Positions 8,439-15,161 of a stretch of 64,000 nt of DNA are shown here, piece by piece (positions within the stretch are counted from its first letter, which is position 1; each line of letters begins with the position of its first letter). The stretch comes from Escherichia coli (lineage in GTDB: Bacteria > Pseudomonadota > Gammaproteobacteria > Enterobacterales > Enterobacteriaceae). The translations under genes were made by a program, and so were the position numbers. Location of the stretch: the NCBI RefSeq assembly GCF_003334335.1, contig NZ_QOWQ01000021.1, one strand, 5' to 3'. The notes beneath the pieces were generated by a model. It was not told where the DNA came from. It searched no databases and worked only from the letters and a program-made list of their open reading frames with translations.

Positions 8439-8851
8439 TGTGCAGCTCCCGTGCTGATGAGATAATAATTTTGTGATGTGGTTTTCATGGATTCCCCCTC
8501 ACATGGCTGGTGGCCTCCCCAAAGGCTGCCAGCCTCCCTTCTGATTCAGCTCCTCTGAAAAATCACTCTTCCAGGAAGAACCCTTTTCGTTTCTCAGCGC
8601 CTGAGCGCTTTGTACTACCTTGCTGATACGGGCGTTTTTTTAAATTGCGCCCTTAAGACAGTGATCTACTTAACCAATGGATCTCTCCTGTTGGAAAAGA
8701 CCCTATTCCTGCCCCAACACCCAATCCCCCCTTACCCCCCTTACCCTCTTCCCCATAAAAACGTACTACTTCCCTAGTACACATGAGGAGTTGGGTCAGT
8801 TGGTTGCCAACCTGAACAGGCACCTTTAAGCCTGCTTCTGTTCGGGTACCT
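8439..8851 (-). other. 413-bp non-coding early-right segment (candidate ori or structured leader) with a C-rich/G-rich tract
   Basis: No ORF of 60 aa or more on either strand. Contains the direct repeats CCCCCCTTA CCCCCCTTA CCCTCTT CCCC (8701-8754) and several short hairpins (GTACTA-N6-TAGTAC, GGGCG-N14-CGCCC). A 19-codon ORF overlaps the helicase start. Confidence 0.4.
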
Positions 8852-9160
8852 TTAAACCCGAAACAATGAGGAGCGCGATTGCGATCCAGCCAGGGGAGGT
8901 TCGGCTGTATACCCCTGTAAAGCTCTGCCCTGATTTCTTACAAACAGGCGGAGCCTTGTGTTTGCTTCGTGCCTTGCTCTGTTCTCCTTGCGGAATGAAA
9001 CAGGCTCAGCGTCAAAAGTGATTTCGTATACCTCCGCATATTTCAGGGCGACCTTCCGTCTCAGTGACGGAGGCAGCCCCTGTAACTGCTGCTGAATCCA
9101 CTCTTCGTCTGCCTGGCAGTACCTAGCTGGCATTTCAACCCTGACTAAATCCTGTTGCAT
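8852..9160 (-). CDS. Hypothetical early-right protein (102 aa, cII/O position)
   Basis: ORF track; co-oriented with cro-like gene; no domain recognised. Confidence 0.6.
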   Translation of the reverse strand: MQQDLVRVEMPARYCQADEEWIQQQLQGLPPSLRRKVALKYAEVYEITFDAEPVSFRKENRARHEANTRLRLFVRNQGRALQGYTAEPPLAGSQSRSSLFRV

Positions 9161-9163
9161 GGC

Positions 9164-9283
9164 TTACTCTTCCCGCTTCGCTATGAGGTTATAAACCCCG
9201 CTGATCGGGTCATACCATATGCTGCGTGGCAGCAGCTTCTGGAAGTAGCGCGGATCTGGCATTACGGTTGACTGTTGTGACAT
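9164..9283 (-). CDS. Small early protein (39 aa from the internal start MSQQSTVMPDP)
   Basis: The ATG at 9283 is preceded by AGGTG and follows the cro-like stop. The longer form in the ORF track overlaps the cro-like gene. Confidence 0.45.
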   Translation of the reverse strand: MSQQSTVMPDPRYFQKLLPRSIWYDPISGVYNLIAKREE

Positions 9284-9290
9284 GTCACAC

Positions 9291-9491
9291 CTAACTATTT
9301 GTTTTCCGTAATGGAGAAAAAATGAGGCTCTCTTTAGATAATTTGAGGGTTGGTGAAACTTTAGATACCGCTTCCTCAATTCTTTCAGCCATTGCAACTG
9401 AGGGGCGCCTAAAACCCAGAGCCATCTGGTTCAGGTATGCAACGCTAGTCCCAGATAACTGTGCCAGCCGCCTCCATTCATCCGCGCTCAT
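9291..9491 (-). CDS. Cro-like HTH regulator (YdaS/Cro family), 66 aa from MSADEWRRLAQL
   Basis: HTH segment LSGTSVAYLNQMALGFRRPS. AGAGGAG Shine-Dalgarno before the ATG at 9491. Divergent from the cI-like gene. Confidence 0.75.
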   Translation of the reverse strand: MSADEWRRLAQLSGTSVAYLNQMALGFRRPSVAMAERIEEAVSKVSPTLKLSKESLIFSPLRKTNS

Positions 9492-9629
9492 GACTCCTCT
9501 GATTGAGAGCAATACACTGGACATAAAAAACCCCATACTGTATTGGTTATTAGCAACGTGCTAACATTAGCACATGAGATCACAATACAGCAATACGCTG
9601 TAAAGCATTTAGCTAACAATGAGACAAGC
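9492..9629. promoter_or_regulatory. Divergent immunity promoter/operator region (OR-like)
   Basis: Inverted repeat TTAGCA-ACG-TGCTAA at 9550-9564. Extra TTAGCA half-site at 9567-9572. TTAGCTAA at 9609-9616. Outer inverted repeat ACTGTATTG...CAATACAG. Confidence 0.55.
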
Positions 9630-10085
9630 ATGGAAATCAAAGATATTCGCTTAAAAAATCTACAGACGGTAATCCAACGCAGCGGCTTAACCCAGACAGA
9701 TCTGGCGTTAAAATGTGAGATATCACCCTCACTTATAAGCCAAATAATGACTAAGCGCAGAAATATGGGAACTGCTCTCGCTAGAAAACTCGAGGGGCGA
9801 CTGAGCCTATCAGAAGGATGGTTTGACATCCCCCACTCATTGCTGGATTCCCCATGGCATCTAGCTAAAATGAGGGAAAAGACTGGTGAGACCACTATTG
9901 ATGAACAGCAACTAACTAAAAGAGAGACTCGACTTATTGAGTTATTCAGACAAATGCCTGAAAGCGAAAAAGACAGGATAATCAGTGAGTTATCTGAAAA
10001 GAAACGTAATTTTGACAAACTACTTGATGAGCTAATGGCTGTTAAAGCATCAAGAATGCCGATCGACAAAGACGAAAATGAATAA
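9630..10085 (+). CDS. cI-like immunity repressor (XRE HTH, no S24 peptidase domain), 151 aa from MEIKDIRLKNL
   Basis: HTH segment LTQTDLALKCEISPSLISQIMTKRRNMG. The C-terminal half is helical and acidic, without Ser/Lys protease motifs. Position and orientation match lambda cI. Confidence 0.7.
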   Translation: MEIKDIRLKNLQTVIQRSGLTQTDLALKCEISPSLISQIMTKRRNMGTALARKLEGRLSLSEGWFDIPHSLLDSPWHLAKMREKTGETTIDEQQLTKRETRLIELFRQMPESEKDRIISELSEKKRNFDKLLDELMAVKASRMPIDKDENE

Positions 10086-10119
10086 TAAATACAACGCACT
10101 ATAAAAAAAACAGCAAACA

Positions 10120-10162
10120 TTAGCATTTTGCTATTGTCAAGAATAACGCATAGCGCTACATT
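10120..10162 (+). promoter_or_regulatory. PL/OL-like promoter-operator
   Basis: TTAGCA-TTT-TGCTAT (5/6 match to the OR half-site) abuts TTGTCA, 17 nt, TACATT, placed 27 nt upstream of the next ORF. Confidence 0.55.
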
Positions 10163-10188
10163 CACCTCAGCAAGTAAAAACAAGTGAG

Positions 10189-10641
10189 GTGAATGTAATG
10201 TTAAATGATAAACATGACTCTTATTCCGTAAACTCTCTGTTGATTTGTGCTCAAGCGGCACTATTAGGCGGTACCGCTTCAAACCATGACGTCATCAACC
10301 TCTTAGATGTTGCACAAGACATCATCTCTTCAACTATGAATTCCTTTACAGATAGTAGCGCTCCCGGCGCTAATGTTGATTTATTTACCAAAGAAGTTAG
10401 CGCTAGTAATTCCCCAGCATTATCTTTCGGTCAACGTATTCTCCAAGCGCGTAAATCAGCAAGTCTTCAACAACATCATATTGCCAGCGGTGCTGGAGTG
10501 ACTGTTCAGGCTGTTTCGTTATGGGAAAATGACTCAGCAATTCCTACTTGCGACAAAATTATCCCATTGGCAAATCTTCTTGGCTGCGATCCAATGTGGT
10601 TACTGACTGGTGCTTATAAACAAAATCAGGAGGAAGCATAA
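10189..10641 (+). CDS. First early-left gene: 150-aa protein with a unique N-domain and a C-terminal XRE HTH
   Basis: GAGGTG before the ATG. C-terminal segment FGQRILQARKSASLQQHHIASGAGVTVQAVSLWENDSAIP is an XRE-type HTH. Confidence 0.7.
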   Translation: MNVMLNDKHDSYSVNSLLICAQAALLGGTASNHDVINLLDVAQDIISSTMNSFTDSSAPGANVDLFTKEVSASNSPALSFGQRILQARKSASLQQHHIASGAGVTVQAVSLWENDSAIPTCDKIIPLANLLGCDPMWLLTGAYKQNQEEA

Positions 10642-10642
10642 G

Positions 10643-10834
10643 ATGAAAATGTTCAAAGGCCTCACCAACGAACCGGAGACAGCTTTTCATCACATTGCCG
10701 TACTGCTTGAAGCGGGGTTAATCATTTCGGCTTCCGGTGATGAAGAATGTGATGAACTTTCGGATGATATCTTTTTACTGGCACAACAATACGCCAGAAG
10801 CGCATGCGATGCATTTAAGGAGCAAAGAACATGA
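10643..10834 (+). CDS. Small acidic helical protein (63 aa), paralogous to the N-domain of the preceding ORF
   Basis: AGGAGG lies 14 nt upstream of ATG 10643. See the finding for the alignment. Confidence 0.6.
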   Translation: MKMFKGLTNEPETAFHHIAVLLEAGLIISASGDEECDELSDDIFLLAQQYARSACDAFKEQRT

Positions 10835-11022
10835 TAACTCCATTAAATATTCTTGAGGAAGTGGCGGCACAAATAAAAGAGAATACATCAATGCTTGAAT
10901 TTATATTTAAGAATTCGCCCGACCAAGGAGAGACAGACGATTATTTATGCTGTCTCATTCGCTCCATGAATAAGACCTGTGAAATGGCTTACGAGTATAT
11001 AGAAACACTACGCAACGAATAA
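10831..11022 (+). CDS. Small acidic helical protein (63 aa), third member of the paralogous set
   Basis: ATGA start/stop overlap with the previous ORF. Confidence 0.6.
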   Translation: MITPLNILEEVAAQIKENTSMLEFIFKNSPDQGETDDYLCCLIRSMNKTCEMAYEYIETLRNE

Positions 11023-11206
11023 AGAACACTCAGTAAAAAATCACACATAAAAACATGACGGCCTCTGGTCGTGGATTTCCACAACCAGAAAATAATGGTG
11101 ATGCATGAAAAATAGAAACGCTTATAAAACCGCATTATTAATGGCTAATGCAGGATACTGGTCAGTTGCAATACTGTTTCTCAGAAAAGCATACGGGAAA
11201 TAACAA

Positions 11207-11566
11207 ATGGCATGTACAACCATTTATAAAGATCGTCGCCGCATGGTAACAGCGGCACTCCGGCGGATGCAACGTAAAACAGGTAGTAATCTGCTCGTCG
11301 TTGACCTCCCGGACGGAGAAATAACAACGATAGAAATAACTGAACAGTTCATGAACCAGTTGTTATTACGATTTGAGGGTCTTACCCGTGTTGAATATGG
11401 ACGGACGGAAGGAGAAGCAACAATCCGTACCGCATACCAGAATGCCATCGGTATTAATCAACACACGGAATATCTCACTGAATCAGGGAAACTGATAGTG
11501 GACGGCCTTTTAAAAGAGGTTGTTGACTACGTAAAAGAGAAATATATCAGTGGAGGAATTAACTGA
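11207..11566 (+). CDS. Hypothetical early-left protein (119 aa)
   Basis: ORF track; co-oriented; no domain recognised. Confidence 0.55.
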   Translation: MACTTIYKDRRRMVTAALRRMQRKTGSNLLVVDLPDGEITTIEITEQFMNQLLLRFEGLTRVEYGRTEGEATIRTAYQNAIGINQHTEYLTESGKLIVDGLLKEVVDYVKEKYISGGIN

Positions 11567-11775
11567 TGTCTGATTTATCCCCTCTTATACACGAAAAAGT
11601 ACAGATCATTATGACGATTGAAAATGGCCAAGTCACAGGTGTCTGCAAAGTCCGCGATGGCTAGCTGATTGCCAGCATGGATACATTCATACGGCTGGCA
11701 GAAAGAGCGGGGTATCAGATAACAGCACCAGCTCAGGAGGAAACCAGTGGCATTAACAGCAACACGCATTCCTGA
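11566..11775 (+). pseudogene. Small ORF split by an in-frame amber codon (32 plus 36 codons)
   Basis: The sequence reads MSDLSPLIHEKVQIIMTIENGQVTGVCKVRDG-TAG(11662-11664)-LIASMDTFIRLAERAGYQITAPAQEETSGINSNTHS in one frame. Confidence 0.4.
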
Positions 11776-11965
11776 GCGGATCCACCGGCAGGCATTGCAG
11801 GTCCTGTTGTTGTACCGATGCCGACGGATATTTCCGCATCGGATACAGCGCACCGGATATCTCAGTCTGAAGGTTAACCGTCGCTGGCGGCTGTTATCGA
11901 AAGACGACGGCCGGAACTGGGAAGTAATGAGTCATGAACGTTATTCGGGAGAAATAAAGAAATGA
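11747..11965 (+). CDS. 72-aa basic protein with a HigB/RelE-like C-terminal motif
   Basis: The segment KVNRRWRLLSKDDGRNWEVMSHERY resembles the E. coli HigB C-terminus (LRVVAM...IREVMTHKEYD, from memory). A paralogue lies at 61966-62193. Confidence 0.5.
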   Translation: MALTATRIPERIHRQALQVLLLYRCRRIFPHRIQRTGYLSLKVNRRWRLLSKDDGRNWEVMSHERYSGEIKK

Positions 11966-12360
11966 TCGACAACCGCACCGCCAGCGCCAGCGCCATTAAC
12001 CAGGCATTACAGAAACATGATACACCCGTCGGCCCGTTATTTTTTGTAACACGCCACGGAAGAACAAAAAAATGCCTCACTCGAAAAACGGCAATTCGTT
12101 ACCTGGCCTTCTTTATGACCACCCGCGCTTTTGAACGTTCAGGATTCCGACAACGCCATCCTGACAAGCGTTTTATCTTCAACGGGAATGAAATATGGAA
12201 ACGTGGAGAATCAACCACAGAGTATACCCGCGCACACCAGCGAACAATCAGACGACTGCGCAGACTCATCGCCAGGAAACAGTATACAGAAAAATGGTTC
12301 AGAAAATATGACACATGGAGCGCCGGATATTACGAACTGATGGCAACAAAACCATTCTGA
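11962..12360 (+). CDS. Hypothetical basic protein (132 aa)
   Basis: ATGA overlap with the preceding ORF; no domain recognised. Confidence 0.55.
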   Translation: MIDNRTASASAINQALQKHDTPVGPLFFVTRHGRTKKCLTRKTAIRYLAFFMTTRAFERSGFRQRHPDKRFIFNGNEIWKRGESTTEYTRAHQRTIRRLRRLIARKQYTEKWFRKYDTWSAGYYELMATKPF

Positions 12361-12420
12361 CGTAAACGAAATTAACCATGACGCAATTAAATAAGGCAAG
12401 CCGAATACATCAGGAGGACC

Positions 12421-12609
12421 ATGAACATTTATTTCAGAATAGTTATATCACTGGCAATTATCACATGTATTTACGGATTAATCGTTCCGGCCCTCATATC
12501 AATGAAGGATACGGTAGCAGTGATTTCTGGCTTTGCTCTGGCGTGTCTGACCCCGCCCTGCATTTATGCCATTTATAAGGGTCTTTCTTTTTCTAAGGAT
12601 AAAAGATGA
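12421..12609 (+). CDS. Small two-TM membrane protein (62 aa)
   Basis: AGGAGG before the ATG. Two hydrophobic helices (IVISLAIITCIYGLIVPALI and VAVISGFALACLTPPCIYAIY). ATGA overlap with the SPFH gene. Confidence 0.65.
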   Translation: MNIYFRIVISLAIITCIYGLIVPALISMKDTVAVISGFALACLTPPCIYAIYKGLSFSKDKR

Positions 12610-13433
12610 AAAAATTACTTTTTGCTTTAGCCCTTGTTCTGCCGACCATTGGCCTTGTCGGTTGCGATCGCGTTGAGCCTGGTAATGTGGGCATCAAAGT
12701 AAACAAACTGGGCGACGATAAAGGCGTCGGTGAAGTGGTCGGTGTTGGGCGCTACTGGACGGGATGGAACACTGAGGTTTACATCTTCCCGACCTTTAAG
12801 CAGATGAAGACCTACGATGATCCATTCAGTTTCCAGATGAGTGACGGTACAACCATCGGCTATCACATCGGCGTGGCCTACAAAGTTGATCCATCCAAAG
12901 TTACCACAGTCTTTCAGACCTACCGCAAAGGCGTGGACGACATTACCGACACCGACCTGCGCCAGAAGATAGCCGACGCACTCAACCGACTGGCCAGCAA
13001 AATGACCACCGACAAATTTATCGACGGCGGCAAGTCTGAGCTGCTGGATGCAGCTCTTAAAGACATTCAGGAAGAAATGACGCCCATCGGTATTCAGGTA
13101 ATGAGCCTCTCATATGTGGGTAAGCCGGAGTACCCGCCTACTGTTATCGACAGCATTAATGCCAAAGTCACGGCGAACCAGAAAACCCTGCAACGCGAGC
13201 AGGAAGTAAAACAGCGCGAAGCGGAAGCCAACATGTTGCGCGCGGAAGCTGCCGGACAGGCAGATGCGATTCGCACAAAAGCCCAGGCCGAAGCCGATGC
13301 TATTCGTTTACGCGGTGAAGCTCTGCGCCAGAACCCCGGTGTTATGGAGCTGGAAGCCATCAACAAGTGGAACGGTACACTGCCGCAATACATGACCAGC
13401 GGTGCCAACACACCATTTATTCAGGTTAAGTAA
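12606..13433 (+). CDS. SPFH/band-7 (prohibitin-like) lipoprotein
   Basis: Signal peptide plus lipobox LVGC. SPFH core followed by an Ala/Glu/Gln-rich coiled coil (REQEVKQREAEANMLRAEAAGQADAIRTKAQAEADAIRLRGEA). Confidence 0.8.
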   Translation: MKKLLFALALVLPTIGLVGCDRVEPGNVGIKVNKLGDDKGVGEVVGVGRYWTGWNTEVYIFPTFKQMKTYDDPFSFQMSDGTTIGYHIGVAYKVDPSKVTTVFQTYRKGVDDITDTDLRQKIADALNRLASKMTTDKFIDGGKSELLDAALKDIQEEMTPIGIQVMSLSYVGKPEYPPTVIDSINAKVTANQKTLQREQEVKQREAEANMLRAEAAGQADAIRTKAQAEADAIRLRGEALRQNPGVMELEAINKWNGTLPQYMTSGANTPFIQVK

Positions 13434-13476
13434 TACATATGCCCGGTATTACACGCCGGGCTGTCTGGAGATAAAA

Positions 13477-14226
13477 ATGAATATTGTAACCATCAACAAC
13501 AAACAGTTTCCGGTAATCGAATATCGCGGTCAGCGTGTTGTGACATTTGCAATGATTGATGACGTCCACCAGCGCCCGGAAGGTACCGCCCGTGCTGCGT
13601 TTAACCGCAACCGTTCTCACTTTATCGAAGGGGTGGATTTTCTTGAAATGACTGCGGACGTAATACGTACGGAGTCACTTTCTGATGCCTTTGCCGCGCG
13701 AACTGCCAAAGGGATCATTCTTTTCGAGTCTGGTTACCTGATGTTGACGAAGCCTTTTAACGATGCTCTTGCATGGCAGGTTCAGCGCGAACTGGTTAAC
13801 AGCTATTTCCGAACTCATGCGCCGCTGACGGAAATGGAGATGATCGCTGCAATGGCCGCCGATGCCGTTCGCCAGCAGAAGCGCCTGAGTCATGTTGAAG
13901 AGAAGATCGAAACGGTCACCAAAGCTGTGGAGAACATCAAACGCGGCACAATGCGCACTGGATATGTCGGTTACCGCCAGGTGGTAGCCAAAAGCGGAAT
14001 GAGTGACGCCAAGTGTCGGAATCTGGTCAACGCCTACCACATCCCTACCGACACGCACGAATTTATGACTCCGGACGGTCTGTTGTCTCGCAGGGCTGTC
14101 GTCGAGCTTGAGACATTTATGGCGGCGTTCCACCAAATGATGTCAGAGGCTGAACCACGCGGCACACGCTGGTATCACCCGAAGATGGGGCTTTTCCAGG
14201 TAATCGGATGGGAGGATAAAGCATGA
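13477..14226 (+). CDS. Antirepressor-like protein (ORF6N-type N-domain, KilA-C/ORF6C-like C-domain), 249 aa from MNIVTINNKQF
   Basis: The segment FPVIEYRGQRVVTFAMIDDVHQRPEGTARAAFNRNRSHFIEGVDFLEM is typical of ORF6N/Ant N-domains. TGGAGA lies before ATG 13477. Confidence 0.65.
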   Translation: MNIVTINNKQFPVIEYRGQRVVTFAMIDDVHQRPEGTARAAFNRNRSHFIEGVDFLEMTADVIRTESLSDAFAARTAKGIILFESGYLMLTKPFNDALAWQVQRELVNSYFRTHAPLTEMEMIAAMAADAVRQQKRLSHVEEKIETVTKAVENIKRGTMRTGYVGYRQVVAKSGMSDAKCRNLVNAYHIPTDTHEFMTPDGLLSRRAVVELETFMAAFHQMMSEAEPRGTRWYHPKMGLFQVIGWEDKA

Positions 14227-14792
14227 TCATCCAGTCAAAACTTATTCGCGCCGCTCTGGTGTGCGCTGCTAAAAACGACGTTCGTTATTACCTGAACGGT
14301 CTTCACATCACGCCAAAACATATTGAGGCAACCAATGGTTCCGTGGCACTGCGCATGACTCACGGCATCCGGACGAAGAAAAACATCATTGTCCAGTTCG
14401 AAGGTGGCGTCCCGGCCAAAGCCGAAACGACAGAGCTGATTTTTAGTAAAGAGCCGATCGCTGTTCATCGCGACCAGTTTCAGCGCCGACTGTCCATTAC
14501 CGGCATTAAATTGGTGGACGGTTGTTTTCCGGATTTGGAACGCATCATTCCGAAAAAATTTGACCTCTGTACACACCCGGTGATCCAGGCGGGTTACCTG
14601 AGTTATCCAGAGAAGATGTTTGGTCGTGAGCGTAAATTTATTCCCGTCCAGTTACGTCCCTCCGGTGACGGGCAAGCGGTCAGAATTCAGTTTGATTCCA
14701 TCATCAACTCAATGTATGGCAATCCTGAATTTGTTGTGATGCCTTGTCGTGATCATGGCGATTTCAATGTGGCTCAGGAGCATCCGGAATGA
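14223..14792 (+). CDS. Truncated DnaN (DNA polymerase III beta-clamp) homologue, 189 aa
   Basis: NDVRYYLNGLHI...EATNGSVALRM aligns with DnaN QDVRYYLNGMLFE...VATDGHRLA. KLVDGCFPDLERIIPK aligns with KLVDGRFPDYRRVLPK. C-terminal FVVMPCR aligns with YVVMPMRL. DnaN sequence is from memory. Confidence 0.7.
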   Translation: MIIQSKLIRAALVCAAKNDVRYYLNGLHITPKHIEATNGSVALRMTHGIRTKKNIIVQFEGGVPAKAETTELIFSKEPIAVHRDQFQRRLSITGIKLVDGCFPDLERIIPKKFDLCTHPVIQAGYLSYPEKMFGRERKFIPVQLRPSGDGQAVRIQFDSIINSMYGNPEFVVMPCRDHGDFNVAQEHPE

Positions 14793-14827
14793 AAATCGAA
14801 TACCAGGACGCCGCAGGAGGTGAATCA

Positions 14828-14911
14828 ATGAGCTGGCCTGATGCAATCGTAACTCTGGGGATGGTATTCGCAGTAGCGTTTGTTGTGTACTCGATTTGTC
14901 GATGGGGATAA
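14828..14911 (+). CDS. 27-aa single-TM peptide (alternative coupled start at 14789 gives 40 aa)
   Basis: Sequence MSWPDAIVTLGMVFAVAFVVYSICRWG. AGGAGG lies 7 nt upstream. The upstream in-frame ATG overlaps the clamp-like stop (ATGA). Confidence 0.5.
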   Translation: MSWPDAIVTLGMVFAVAFVVYSICRWG

Positions 14912-14915
14912 CCAC

Positions 14916-15158
14916 ATGTTCGCTTTGATTCAACGCGGGCAGATATACACCGATAGTGCTGGCTACCCGATAAAAATTGTTCGCTGCATAAACAACACTG
15001 TGTTGTACAGAAGAATGGATGGGCGAACACAGTCAGTAAAAATAAACGATTTCAATGAACTGTTTGAACGGATTGATCACCAGGAATACCGACAAATTCT
15101 GGCAGAAACAGAGCAGGAAGCTCATCTGAAAAAATTACGGGCCATGAAAAGGAAGTAA
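14916..15158 (+). CDS. Hypothetical protein (80 aa from MFALIQRGQIY)
   Basis: ORF track, trimmed to the first ATG after the preceding stop. Confidence 0.5.
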   Translation: MFALIQRGQIYTDSAGYPIKIVRCINNTVLYRRMDGRTQSVKINDFNELFERIDHQEYRQILAETEQEAHLKKLRAMKRK

Positions 15159-15161
15159 AGA

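Noticed and set aside
9488-10282. 264-aa minus-strand ORF spanning the immunity region
   Set aside because: It is antisense to the cI-like gene and crosses the PL-like promoter. The sequence is Ser/Leu/Ile-rich and low in complexity, and it has no RBS. The HTH-containing plus-strand ORF explains the region.
11520-11582. An apparent 1-nt discrepancy between my manual reading of this line and the ORF track (a possible frameshift at the end of the 119-aa ORF)
   Set aside because: Flanking lines agree with the track, and the track ORFs on both strands are self-consistent. I attribute the discrepancy to my reading error and make no frameshift claim.
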